A stretch of DNA of 64,000 nucleotides from Candidatus Helarchaeota archaeon (GTDB lineage: Archaea > Asgardarchaeota > Lokiarchaeia > Helarchaeales > RDOG01): NCBI GenBank assembly GCA_019058315.1, contig JAHPZH010000004.1:384001-448000 (forward strand). The letters run 5' to 3'. The notes beneath the pieces were generated by a model. The model did no database searches. It had not been told where the DNA came from and was given only the letters and a program-made list of their open reading frames with translations. Of the stretch, positions 10,116 through 20,620 are shown in pieces. The stretch's first letter is position 1. Each line of letters opens with the position of its first letter. A program made the translations under genes and the position numbers.

Positions 10116-10604
10116 TCAGACATTGGATTTTATTTTAATAGTATAGTAATAACCCCATACTTTGTCTTGTTTCTTATCAGAAATTGAGACAAAATCTTTT
10201 AAATTTTCTAGATATTTATTCCAAAAACTTAAATCTTCTTCAGGAATGAAAAAATATATACAAAAACTTTTCAAAAAATCTATTTTTTCTAAAAGATAAT
10301 TAGTTATATGTTCGTACATAAATTTCGCAAAACCTTTTTTTTCAAAACCCTCTTTAACACCGATTCTACTAATATAATACACATTTTTTATATTAGGATG
10401 TTTGATACTCTCATCACGAAATCGCGCAATACCAACAATCTCCCCATCTAGCTCAAGAACCCAAGTTATATATTCTAATGATTCATCATAAAATTCTTTT
10501 AGTGTTCCACTTGGATTTTTTTTGTTAAATGACTCCCTACTTGTCAAAAAACTTATTTCCCGATCTTTTTTTTCTATCCTTCGAATTACTTTTGACATGT
10601 ACAT
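10116..10604 (-). CDS. GNAT-family acetyltransferase
   Basis: GEIVGIARF...YISRIGVKEGFEKKGFAK acetyl-CoA motif. Confidence 0.8.
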   Translation of the reverse strand: MYMSKVIRRIEKKDREISFLTSRESFNKKNPSGTLKEFYDESLEYITWVLELDGEIVGIARFRDESIKHPNIKNVYYISRIGVKEGFEKKGFAKFMYEHITNYLLEKIDFLKSFCIYFFIPEEDLSFWNKYLENLKDFVSISDKKQDKVWGYYYTIKIKSNV

Positions 10605-10745
10605 TTGGATTTGTATACGTATATAAAGCTTATCTTTTTAAATAATGATTTTATTGAGGTTACCTAATTATAGCTTCTGGTTTATTAAAATTTTAGAGAT
10701 TTTTTACAAAAAATTTAGAAGAAAGTGGAGAAAAATATTTATGCA

Positions 10746-11414
10746 CTAAATCTTTGATTGATGTAGTAACCGACTTAGATTTTCTAAGCCTTCCAATTTC
10801 TCGATTTGATTATTATCAACATAAATTCTTTTTAATTGAGAGAGATTCACTAAACCTTCTATTTTTTCAATTTGATTATAACTCAAATACAAGGTTTCTA
10901 AATTAGAGAGATTTTCTAACCCCTCTATTTTTTGAATCCAATTGTGATGAAGAAATAAAAATTTTAATTGGAATAGTTTCTCGAGTCCCTCAATTTTTTG
11001 AATATAATTACCGAGCAAGTCTAAAATTTGTAATTGTGATAGATGTTCCAAACCTTCTATTTTTTTAATTTTATTCCATGCCAAAAATAATTGTCTTAGT
11101 CTTACAAGTTTTTCCAACCCTTCAATTTTACTAATTTGATTATTTTCAAAGTCCAAAATTTCCAATTTCTTAAGATCATCTAGATTTTCTATCTTTCTAA
11201 TTTTATTTTTTATAAAGAAATCTCCACCAATTTTTAAGTATTTTAATTGAGAAAAATTACTAATAATTTTGGGTACTTTTTCCATATCATTGCTATATAA
11301 GGCAAGTTCAATAACTCTTCCTCTCTCATCAATATCATAATCTAGATGCTCAATTTCTTCCCAATCTTCTAACTCCGAAATGCGTTTTTTTTCTAATGGA
11401 TGTTTAATTTCTAT
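10746..11414 (-). CDS. SDS22-like leucine-rich repeat protein (N-terminally extended from 11285)
   Basis: Repeated LxxLxLxxNxIxKIEGL; frame open 43 codons upstream and includes the LRR cap DYDIDERGRVIELAL. Confidence 0.85.
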   Translation of the reverse strand: MEIKHPLEKKRISELEDWEEIEHLDYDIDERGRVIELALYSNDMEKVPKIISNFSQLKYLKIGGDFFIKNKIRKIENLDDLKKLEILDFENNQISKIEGLEKLVRLRQLFLAWNKIKKIEGLEHLSQLQILDLLGNYIQKIEGLEKLFQLKFLFLHHNWIQKIEGLENLSNLETLYLSYNQIEKIEGLVNLSQLKRIYVDNNQIEKLEGLENLSRLLHQSKI

Positions 11415-11416
11415 AA

Positions 11417-14400
11417 TTATACCCCCTGAACCTTAATTTTTTTACAATATTTGATTACAGCATTGACTCCATGATCATAAACAATTTGATCAGATTTTGA
11501 TAAAGGGTTGTTAGATAAATCCAATTTCTTTAAACTTGAAAGGTCTTCTAATCCACTAATATTTTTAATCTGATTTCCATAAACTATAAATTGCTGTAAA
11601 TGTTTTAGATGTCCTAAATTTTCAATAATTTTAATATCATTTTTTCCGAGATTCAATCTTTTTAATTTAAACAACTTATGCAGACCACTAATTTTTGAAA
11701 TTCTATTATTGTGTAAATTTAGCACTTCTAATTTGGTTAGATCATCAAGTTCCTCTATTTTGGAGATTTGATTTAGAGACAAATCTAAAACACGTAAATA
11801 TGAGAAGTTAGAAATTATTTTTGGAATTTTTTCAAGAAAAAGGTTATTTAAATTAAGTCTTACTACATGACCATCATAATCCATCTCATAATCATATGAT
11901 CCTATACGATATTTTGTGATTAATTCCTGAATTATCTCTCCATCTTTAATCTCTTCTATTTCAGGTTTTTCTCCAGGTTTTATTATCTGATTTATTATTT
12001 CAAATTGGTACTGAATTTGTTGTGTTTCTATCCTTCTTTCAAATGAAGCAAAAACACCATATTCGGAATCATTTAATAGATAATTAGCTAAGTTTTTCGC
12101 TTCAAAATCAATAATGTCGGACAAAGGCATTATTTGATGGTCATAGAAGAAAGGAAATGAAAATAATCTATTAAATAATCCATCCAATTTATCATTTTTC
12201 CCTCCCACTATATAAAATACTCTCTCATTCCATTCACTATTTTTCCAATTTATATCAGTTTCGTCGAATTTGCTAGCTCTAAACATTAATAATAAATAAA
12301 AACGAAGTGGAACTCTATAAGCATCCATAAAATCATATATAAGCTCTCTATTCTCTGGACTTTCTATAGGTTTAGATTTTCCCTCTCCATAAGAACGATA
12401 ATGGAGTATTCCTCTTCCTGGCCAATATTTTGAAAATCCAACTTTACCCAAAGCTTCACTAGCTCTTTTTTCTAGATTGAAAAATAAATAATTTAATGCC
12501 ACATTATACCTATCTAGTGCTCGAGCACCATAAAATATAGCTGTAGTGGCATGCCGTTGATATTGACGACTTGAAAATCTATCCTCTGGGGGTAGTGCTT
12601 TTTTAACACCATCCCATGCTTCATCATCGCAATTCGCTTCTATAGATCTTAATTTTCCTATAATCTCATCAAATTTTTTCTCATTATCACCTTGAGATTC
12701 CTTTAAAATTTTCTCTTTAATATAATAAGCTGTTATAGCATAATCTAACTGTCTTAATACAAGCAAATTGACCTTTTTTGGAAAAATTTTATGTTTTTTT
12801 AATTGTAGAGTATAAAAGATACTTGATTTAATCTTACTAATTACCATTTCCCAAGCTATTGGGAATAATTTTCCTTCTTCTCTCGCTTTTTGAATTGCTT
12901 GACGTAATTTATCAGCTTCAGCAGCTTTTTGTTTTTGTATTTCTATTTCATAATCAGAAAGTTTTTCAATTTCAATGTTTAATTTACTAATGAATTCTAG
13001 GTCTTCGTCGAAAATTTCTCCACCCGCAAGTCTTAATTTATACACTTCAAACGTATAATACGAACGACCATCAACTTTGATAATATGTAAATTAAATTGT
13101 TCCCCTCTTTCTAATGACAATTTCTTTCCTGGTCCAAGATGAATTAATTGCTTAGTACCGTAAATAGTAACCGAGTAAATTCCTCTATATTTACTTATTC
13201 TATCGGACCCGATGTTTGTTCCTTTATAGAACACAAATCCTCCTTTTTTATACCTAATTAGAACCTCACAGTTATTGCAAATATACATTTTATTCTTTGT
13301 AGGCATTCTTAGAGTCCCTGATTTACGACAATTGGGACATATGATTTTATCTTGTTCATCCTTGTTGAATTTATTAAAAGGATGATAATTTCGGGATTTA
13401 TATTTGAAATGAATACAAGCAGGTTCATTTTTTAACCGTCTCTTTTGTTTTTTTCGACAACAAGATTTGGGACCATCTTCCCTAACTTTTATGGAATTTG
13501 CGATAAAAAATTCACATTCTTGGCAAAAAATCCGTTCTTTCTCCTCAGGTTTCATTCCTGCTAAATAATAACGCTTAGACGGACGCCCCTTTATTATCAG
13601 GTCAAACGAAAATTCCAAATCTTTACTAATTTTGTCCAATTGATACCAAATAGCAGATTTCTTAATATTATTATATTTACGCTTTAATATATGATGTAAT
13701 TCTTTTATTGTCGCCCCTTTTTTTCCACTATTTCCCAATTCTTCTTTTATAGAATCCAGATATATCGAACTTCCATGTTTCTTCCTACGTGTGCGTTTAG
13801 AAACATGAAAATGAATTGTGTCTTTATCATCATTATATCGTTCAATTATATATCTAATCCGCCAAAATATTGGTTTATTTTCTTTTAAATTTAATATTTT
13901 CTTCTCGTCTATATCATGATAGTTTTTTCTCCCTAGGGCAATAGAATGAAATAATCTAGCAGCCTTAATAACATACGTTGAACAGAAAAACCATATTCCA
14001 GTTTTTCTACAAACTTCTACATCTCCCCCAAAATACTTATTTTTTTTAATAAATTTTTTATTTTTTAGTTTATTTTGAGAATATTTTTGGATTATTATTT
14101 TATATTTATTATTCTCTCGTTCAATATACTCTTGTGAAATTACACCCTTATATTGTGAAATTATTTCTTCCGCATGAGATTCACCAATTATTTCACCAAT
14201 TCTAAGTATGATCTCCTTACTCTTGGGTTTTTCATTTTGGTTAAAAAAGTCTAAAATTTGCATAAACGCTTTTCTATTTAGCTGAGTCTCTACAAGGCCC
14301 TCCCCTAGATAAGTTAGAGCATATTTTTTCTTAACATCCCGAATTAAATTCCTATTTTTTTTCATCAGTTCTTTATTCTTTACTGGAACTAGATCGGGCA

Positions 14401-15835
14401 TCAAGGATTTTAAAATCAGATCAAGGGGTTTTACATCGATACAGAAAGTTATTGATAATATGAAAGGCACTCGAAACATATATTCTACAAATTTATCGGG
14501 ATGCAAGACTTTCTCAAGATGCTCCATAATCTGAGCTTTTGAACGCTGACGTAAAAATAAATATTCAAGAATAATTTTTGGCAAATCTTTAATCGTTATT
14601 TGGCTATTTATTGCTTCTAGTGTATAACCCCGGAAAATTGTTTTATTTTTATCTAGAAATTTGACACTCTTTTTAAAGTCCTGATAATCTCTATAATACA
14701 TTAAATGAACTATTGTACCTAATAATTCTCTACATCTACCAATTATTTGTTCAAGCTCAATTTTTGAATATTTTTCAGGATCAGCTATAATTATTTCTTC
14801 AATATCCTTTACATCTACACCAGCTTCTAAAATGGGGCTACAACTCAAAATTTTGATTTTACCTGAATTAAAACTATCGAAAATTTGCTTTTTTTCATAA
14901 GTCGCAAGCCCTGCATGAATAAATCCGAAGATTTCAATATTATAACCTTTAAATTTTTCTTTGAGATGGTCTGAAATTTCCTGAGCTTTTTCTCTTGATT
15001 TGATAAAAATTAATAATTTAGCTTTTATTACTTCTCTATATTTTCTTAAGAAATTCCTGACTAATCCTGTAATTTCATCAAGTGGGGGATCACTTGCTTT
15101 TTGATGTAATTCAAATTTGAATTTGCGATTAGATGGATAGTAAAGTAATTCTGAACCAAATCTTTCCGACCAATATTCAGCAGATTCACGGTCAAATGTT
15201 CCAGTTAGAAAGCAAAAAAGAGGTCTGCTTTTCTTATTATCGAAATATTCAAATTTTAACTTATAAATCATGGTCTCTAATTTCATTCCCCTAGAAGGGT
15301 CTCTAATAGTATGGATTTCATCTACTATTATTGCTCCAAAAATGTCTTTTCTGTCAAACAACTCATATTTTTGAATTCGAAATAAAAAAGCTCGAAACGC
15401 TTCATAAGTACAAAGGAGAACTACTCGCCGATCTCTTTCTTTAGGTTTTTTCTTACTTTTACGGTCTTGTTGCCCTTTCTTCATTTTTGGTCTTAATTCT
15501 AATAGGTCTGGTCTTGATTCACCGACTAGTTTTAATATTTTAACCTTACTCCCAAAAAACCACCTTAACTCCTTTTCCTTTTGATATACCAACGTAGTAG
15601 TTGGTTCGAGTATAACACCTATTTTTCCTTCATCTGTTCCGACATAAAGGCCAATAAAAGCAACCCAAGTCTTTCCAGAATTTGTTGGGGCACAAAGAAA
15701 TATACTTATACCAGACAATAATTTATAAATCGCCAATTTTTGACTTTCAAATAAATCTGCAGTTGTAACACCATTTCTACGTGCGAATTGATCAAGTAGA
15801 TAAAGTAATTCGCTTCTATTTTTTAATAAAGCTAT
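11417..15835 (-). CDS. cas1: SF2 (Ski2/Hel308-like) helicase - wHTH - Zn finger - divergent Cas1 - LRR fusion (track start 15736; likely start near 15835)
   Basis: Helicase motifs APTNSGKT, DEIH, TGT, HAGL, LEAGVD, QIIGR; Cas1 motifs LRSIEA, FSSRQ, DRYNVALNYLF, GILH, LIYDFMDAYR; C-terminal LRRs. Confidence 0.8.
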   Translation of the reverse strand: MALLKNRSELLYLLDQFARRNGVTTADLFESQKLAIYKLLSGISIFLCAPTNSGKTWVAFIGLYVGTDEGKIGVILEPTTTLVYQKEKELRWFFGSKVKILKLVGESRPDLLELRPKMKKGQQDRKSKKKPKERDRRVVLLCTYEAFRAFLFRIQKYELFDRKDIFGAIIVDEIHTIRDPSRGMKLETMIYKLKFEYFDNKKSRPLFCFLTGTFDRESAEYWSERFGSELLYYPSNRKFKFELHQKASDPPLDEITGLVRNFLRKYREVIKAKLLIFIKSREKAQEISDHLKEKFKGYNIEIFGFIHAGLATYEKKQIFDSFNSGKIKILSCSPILEAGVDVKDIEEIIIADPEKYSKIELEQIIGRCRELLGTIVHLMYYRDYQDFKKSVKFLDKNKTIFRGYTLEAINSQITIKDLPKIILEYLFLRQRSKAQIMEHLEKVLHPDKFVEYMFRVPFILSITFCIDVKPLDLILKSLMPDLVPVKNKELMKKNRNLIRDVKKKYALTYLGEGLVETQLNRKAFMQILDFFNQNEKPKSKEIILRIGEIIGESHAEEIISQYKGVISQEYIERENNKYKIIIQKYSQNKLKNKKFIKKNKYFGGDVEVCRKTGIWFFCSTYVIKAARLFHSIALGRKNYHDIDEKKILNLKENKPIFWRIRYIIERYNDDKDTIHFHVSKRTRRKKHGSSIYLDSIKEELGNSGKKGATIKELHHILKRKYNNIKKSAIWYQLDKISKDLEFSFDLIIKGRPSKRYYLAGMKPEEKERIFCQECEFFIANSIKVREDGPKSCCRKKQKRRLKNEPACIHFKYKSRNYHPFNKFNKDEQDKIICPNCRKSGTLRMPTKNKMYICNNCEVLIRYKKGGFVFYKGTNIGSDRISKYRGIYSVTIYGTKQLIHLGPGKKLSLERGEQFNLHIIKVDGRSYYTFEVYKLRLAGGEIFDEDLEFISKLNIEIEKLSDYEIEIQKQKAAEADKLRQAIQKAREEGKLFPIAWEMVISKIKSSIFYTLQLKKHKIFPKKVNLLVLRQLDYAITAYYIKEKILKESQGDNEKKFDEIIGKLRSIEANCDDEAWDGVKKALPPEDRFSSRQYQRHATTAIFYGARALDRYNVALNYLFFNLEKRASEALGKVGFSKYWPGRGILHYRSYGEGKSKPIESPENRELIYDFMDAYRVPLRFYLLLMFRASKFDETDINWKNSEWNERVFYIVGGKNDKLDGLFNRLFSFPFFYDHQIMPLSDIIDFEAKNLANYLLNDSEYGVFASFERRIETQQIQYQFEIINQIIKPGEKPEIEEIKDGEIIQELITKYRIGSYDYEMDYDGHVVRLNLNNLFLEKIPKIISNFSYLRVLDLSLNQISKIEELDDLTKLEVLNLHNNRISKISGLHKLFKLKRLNLGKNDIKIIENLGHLKHLQQFIVYGNQIKNISGLEDLSSLKKLDLSNNPLSKSDQIVYDHGVNAVIKYCKKIKVQGV

Positions 15836-16073
15836 TCCTTCCTATTATCGAATTACAAAACTTATAATGATTAATATCAAATGAATTTAAAATTTACTAA
15901 GAATTTTTTGAAAAAAAAATAATTTTTTAATAAATAAAAATTTTTAAAGGTATGAAATGCAATTGTTATAAGAACAAAGAGGAGTTTTTATTCTAAAATA
16001 AAAGTTCTTTACATAAAGTTTAGTTAAATTGTTAATTCTCTTCGAATAAATATTAGTTTAGGGAGAAAATATA

Positions 16074-16181
16074 ATGAAAAAAATCCGTAAAATTGGCGTT
16101 GGGGTTAGTATCACATTAATTTTTAGTATATTAATTGGGCTTACCATTTATTTTACTTCTGGGAATATATGTAAAATATAG
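16074..16181 (+). CDS. 35-aa signal-peptide/TM-like ORF (possible gene remnant)
   Basis: MKKIRKIGVGVSITLIFSILIGLTIYFTSGNICKI after GGGAGA. Confidence 0.35.
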   Translation: MKKIRKIGVGVSITLIFSILIGLTIYFTSGNICKI

Positions 16182-16199
16182 AGGAGTTTTATATTAATT

Positions 16200-18590
16200 A
16201 TGAGAAATAACATTAAAAAAAAGCGCTTCTTAACAATATTTCTAGTTTTTATTATATTTTCCTTTATCATTTTTGAATTTTCACCAAAAAAATATTTTCA
16301 ATTCAATTCATTTAATGATAGGGGTCAAAAAAACCATTTTATTATACCTATAACAGATTTACAGGATTTTTTTGAGTTAGATACCAATTCATATATTTGG
16401 ACACAAACACAAGTTGTTTCCATTGAAAGCTCTGATAGTATACTTGATTTATCATTATTTATAGACGATTCTGACATTTTACATCTCGCTTGGAGTGATT
16501 ATACAGATTATCAAGGATCAGGAGAAGATGCGGATTATCTTTATAAAAGTTGTAATAGTACTTCAGGAATTTGGACACCAGCTGAGGTAATTTCCACAGA
16601 AAGTGCAAACCGTTCTCACTTTGGAAATATTGATGTAGATAAATTTGGTAATATAAATATTGCTTGGTGTGATATTACTGATTACGGGGGTGCAGGAATA
16701 GATTATGATATATTTTATAAATATAAAGACGCTAACACAGGTCTTTGGACTATTACTGAGGTTATTACCTCAGGGGCTGTTAATTCATCTGCCGATCCAG
16801 AAATTCGATCAGATAATTTTGGAAACTTGCATATGGTATGGTATGATTCTACAGACTATGGAGGAACTGGTTCAGATATTGATATCTTCTATAAATTTCG
16901 CAATCACACTACTGGTACGTGGTCTATAATTGAACTAGTTTCAACAAATACCACAGAAAATTCCATGTGGCCCGATATGACTTTAGATGAATTTGGAAAT
17001 GTTCATGTAGTTTGGGAAGAATGGAACAGTTCTGGACTTGAATATAATATTTTTTATAAAATGCGCAATTTTACAACAGGAAATTGGACAAAAATTGAGG
17101 AAGTTTCAACAGAAAGTTCTGATTTTTCCGAAGCTCCTGCTATATCAGTTGATTCTTCTGGTAATATACATGTTGTTTGGAGAGATAAAATGGATTATAT
17201 GGGTGCTGGTATAGATGAGGATATATTCTATAAGCAAAAGTATACAAACAATAATAGTTGGTCTGCTGCTGTATTAGTTTCTGATGGGTGTAATAAAGTT
17301 TCTAGTTCTCCTGAAATCTTTATGGGTAATGATGGAAAATTACATTTTGTATGGAGAGATGATACTGAATATAATGGAGCAGGAGGAGATTGTGATATCT
17401 TCTATAAATGTTTAGATTTAAATAATAATGAGTGGTCGACGAAAGAAGTGGTTTCCACTGAAAGTACTGCCAGCTCCTCATATCCAAAGCTCGCTGTAGA
17501 TGGTTTGGGAGTAATTCATGTAGTTTGGTTGGATGGCACGAATTATAATGGTTCAGGTGCGGATTCTGATGTCTTTTATAAGAAAAAAATTAAATTTACC
17601 CCACAAAATAATGAAGATCCAGATTATAGTCTCCCATTTTATACAACACCACCAACTTATAGATTTTGGCCTTATTTAATTTTAATGTTTATCGTTTTAT
17701 TGATCCCCTTACCTTTTATGATATATAAAAAATATTCTTCCAAATCCTCTCAACTGATTTTTGATAAAACATCACCTGAACAAAGAACATTATTTAGATC
17801 AAAATTAGATAGTTATCCATTATATAGAGAGGAATTACCATTTGAACAATTTGAAAAAACCTATGAAAAAGATAAAGTAAAGCATATAGATAGAAAATCA
17901 ATTGATTACTCAATAAAGGTTAAAAAAACTGAAACTAAAAAATCATTAGTTCCACGTTCGCCAAGGGTTTCACCACTAAGCTCGAAATTAAAGAGATATT
18001 CAATGTACAAAGAAGATGTTCCCTTTGAAAAATTAAAAAAAGCCTATTTAGAAAATAAAGCAAATGATCTTGACAAAAAATCTATTGAAGAATCAATAAC
18101 AGATAAAAAAATTAAAACCGAAAAACCATTAATTTCACATTCATTAGAAGAACAAAGCTCTCTTATTCTAGCCCTCAAGGATGAGAATATTTTTATACGT
18201 ATTAATGCTGCTAAAGAGCTCGGAAAATTTAATGATATAAAATCAAGTTACGTACTAATTAATGCCTTTAAAAACAACATTGAAAATAAAGAAGTTCAAA
18301 ATGCGGTGGAGTTATCTCTAATAAAAATTGGCGAAACAGCAGTAAAGCCATTACTTGATTTAATCAAAGGTTTGGAAATAAGCCTATTAACTAGCTCCTT
18401 TTTTAGAACAGATTTGTTATTTTTCGTTTTTAGAGTATTAAAAACAATTGCTACTAATAAAGTAGGGAAAAAAGCTGTAGACAAAATCCCGTTTAGAGAT
18501 GAACATCTTTATATTTCACGATTTCATCAATTAGCTCATAGAGCTAGATTATTTGCAGAAATAATAATTGGTAAATCAAAAAATTCGTGA
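16200..18590 (+). CDS. Single-pass receptor-like protein: extracellular beta-propeller repeats, TM helix, cytoplasmic HEAT repeat
   Basis: About 7 GNxHxVWxDxTDYxGxGxDxDIFYK repeats; TM FWPYLILMFIVLLIPLPF; ALKDENIFIRINAAKELG HEAT. Confidence 0.75.
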   Translation: MRNNIKKKRFLTIFLVFIIFSFIIFEFSPKKYFQFNSFNDRGQKNHFIIPITDLQDFFELDTNSYIWTQTQVVSIESSDSILDLSLFIDDSDILHLAWSDYTDYQGSGEDADYLYKSCNSTSGIWTPAEVISTESANRSHFGNIDVDKFGNINIAWCDITDYGGAGIDYDIFYKYKDANTGLWTITEVITSGAVNSSADPEIRSDNFGNLHMVWYDSTDYGGTGSDIDIFYKFRNHTTGTWSIIELVSTNTTENSMWPDMTLDEFGNVHVVWEEWNSSGLEYNIFYKMRNFTTGNWTKIEEVSTESSDFSEAPAISVDSSGNIHVVWRDKMDYMGAGIDEDIFYKQKYTNNNSWSAAVLVSDGCNKVSSSPEIFMGNDGKLHFVWRDDTEYNGAGGDCDIFYKCLDLNNNEWSTKEVVSTESTASSSYPKLAVDGLGVIHVVWLDGTNYNGSGADSDVFYKKKIKFTPQNNEDPDYSLPFYTTPPTYRFWPYLILMFIVLLIPLPFMIYKKYSSKSSQLIFDKTSPEQRTLFRSKLDSYPLYREELPFEQFEKTYEKDKVKHIDRKSIDYSIKVKKTETKKSLVPRSPRVSPLSSKLKRYSMYKEDVPFEKLKKAYLENKANDLDKKSIEESITDKKIKTEKPLISHSLEEQSSLILALKDENIFIRINAAKELGKFNDIKSSYVLINAFKNNIENKEVQNAVELSLIKIGETAVKPLLDLIKGLEISLLTSSFFRTDLLFFVFRVLKTIATNKVGKKAVDKIPFRDEHLYISRFHQLAHRARLFAEIIIGKSKNS

Positions 18591-18615
18591 TTAAATTATC
18601 TTTGAAAGATATAAA

Positions 18616-18843
18616 TTCAAAAAAATGATGCCTTTTTCTAAACACTTTTCAAAAAATCGATATTATAAAAAATTGATCAAAAAGGAGTTTATTGATCAAA
18701 AAAAATTCTATGCAGTTTTCTAAACGCTTTTTAAAAAATTGTATTTTACTAGGTGATTTTTGATCAAAAAAATTTCTATGCAGTCTTCTAAACGATTTTC
18801 GAAAAATTGAACTTTTCAGGATCAAAAAAAATTTTCATTTTTA
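18616..18843. repeat. Imperfect ~50-bp tandem repeats
   Basis: TTGATCAAAAAAA(A/T)TTCTATGCAGT(T/C)TTCTAAACG..TTT..AAAAATTG at 18692-18741 and 18760-18809; degenerate copies at ~18616 and ~18820. Confidence 0.75.
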
Positions 18844-19685
18844 CTGAAATCAAAGAGATCCCTTAACTATAAGAATTGAGATAAATTATAAAAATTTGTA
18901 ATTAAATAACCTGATTTAAGTGGAAAATAGAATAAAAAAATTAGTTATTGAATAAGTATAAGTTTCTTAATTTCATTTACTAAATTTAAAATTTTTAATT
19001 TATTACAATGTTATGTTGTTTAACGCTGAAAAAAATGAGAGTTTCTACAAAAATATAGTTAAGTTAATCTTTGGATTTGAAAGAAGAATTTTAAAGAGTT
19101 ATAATTGAATCGCTATTAATTCTAAACATTAAATTGGAAAATATTTTTTAAATTTAAAGATGGAATAATGTTTTTCGATATTTATGTTCATAAGAAAGCT
19201 TCTTAATGATATTAAATTTAAAAACAATAAATAACTCTTAATTATTTTGTAAACTAAGTATATTTTTCTAATTTTATAATTTAAGCTAAAAAATTTTCAA
19301 ACTTCTAAATTCATTTAAATTAAATTTTAATTTTTATATTAGAAAGCTTATACAGCTAAAATTTTAATCAAAATTAAATAAACTCTTTTTAAATTAATTG
19401 GCTTATTAAATTTGTGATTGCTTAATAATAATTCAAATTAAAGTATATACCAGAATACTTAATTATAATTTAAGAAAATTTATATAAAATTTTCGTTTAA
19501 TTTGAATAAAGTCGATAATAATCAGCCTTGATATCCTCATTCGATGAAAAAATTTATTTAATAAATTTTTCTTTTTTTACTAAGAAATTTTTAAATTAAT
19601 GATAAAAACTTCTTTTTAATAAAATTTTAAAGATATTAAAATTGTTATCTTTTCTATTTTCTGCCCAAATTCCTACCCGAACCGT

Positions 19686-19731
19686 CTAAATAACCAGTTT
19701 TAGGGGTGTTTAAATATAGAATTAACAGTTA
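19686..19731 (+). promoter_or_regulatory. 46-bp repeat copy 1, overlapping the probable cas7 operon promoter
   Basis: CTAAATAACCAGTTTTAGGGGTGTTTAAATATAGAATTAACAGTTA; TATA-like TTTAAATA at 19709-19716. Confidence 0.7.
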
Positions 19732-19773
19732 TATAATAAATAAAAGTTTCAAAAAAAAAGAGGTTGAAAGAAT

Positions 19774-20619
19774 TTGAAAACAATAAATGTGGTTTTTTTA
19801 TGTGAATCAATAACAACAAGACAAGATCTCTTTGTCACCTTTGGAAATAGTCATGGAATCTTTGATCAAAAAAAGTTATCGGGGTATACTAAACTTGGTC
19901 GCATACCTGGTAAGACCTTGAAAGGTTGGTTAAGACATGGAATGGAAAAACTATTGTTGAAAATGGGAATATCTATTTGTCATCCTCTACCTGCAAATAC
20001 GATAACAAACGAGAGGAATAAAAAATATTATAAAGAAGATATGGCAATCGGTTACCATCCACGAGGAGAATGTGAAAAACAAGGCGGATGTCCGATATAT
20101 AATATGTTTGGGGATTTAGATAAACCAAGTAATTTAATTGTTCCCAGTGTTTATTTTTATCCTTCAGTTGGAGGCGGAACAATGGCAGCTAATATTAATA
20201 AAATTTTTGGATCTGTCGGAAGAGGAAGAATTGAAATTGACCATGAAAGTCCTAGAAAACGATCAAATAGTTTTCAAACATATATGAGCAACGAAACAAT
20301 TGTAGGAACTTATATTGAGGCACCTTGGAATCTTGTAATTCGAGAAGATAACGAACTTCATGAAATTTTAATTTTAAAAACTTTGGAATATCTCTTCGAA
20401 AAAAACACAAATTCCGATATGACATTTATGGTAGGCGGACAACGAACTGCTGGATGTGGAAGAGCTGTTGCGGTTAAATTAAATGATAGCGGAAATTATT
20501 TGATAAAAAATAGAAATTCCCTTGGTATAAAGCAAGAAAAAGTGGAGTTAATTAATGGAAAATTCGATGATTTCATGAAGGAGTTAAAAAAGAAATTTCC
20601 TATAAAGGCGGTAAAATAA
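19774..20619 (+). CDS. cas7: Cas7-like RAMP protein with Zn finger (HRAMP/ARAMP type)
   Basis: RIPGKTLKGWLRH, C..C..CPIYNMFG, Gly-rich loop VGGQRTAGCGR. Confidence 0.85.
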   Translation: MKTINVVFLCESITTRQDLFVTFGNSHGIFDQKKLSGYTKLGRIPGKTLKGWLRHGMEKLLLKMGISICHPLPANTITNERNKKYYKEDMAIGYHPRGECEKQGGCPIYNMFGDLDKPSNLIVPSVYFYPSVGGGTMAANINKIFGSVGRGRIEIDHESPRKRSNSFQTYMSNETIVGTYIEAPWNLVIREDNELHEILILKTLEYLFEKNTNSDMTFMVGGQRTAGCGRAVAVKLNDSGNYLIKNRNSLGIKQEKVELINGKFDDFMKELKKKFPIKAVK

Positions 20620-20620
20620 A

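Noticed and set aside
14500-15835. Calling the helicase Cas3
   Set aside because: No HD nuclease domain; Q-motif and DEIH/HAGL context look Ski2/Hel308-like
18616-18843. Canonical CRISPR array
   Set aside because: Units are ~50 bp, degenerate, with short unequal gaps and no unique 30-40 nt spacers; no canonical array is seen anywhere in the window
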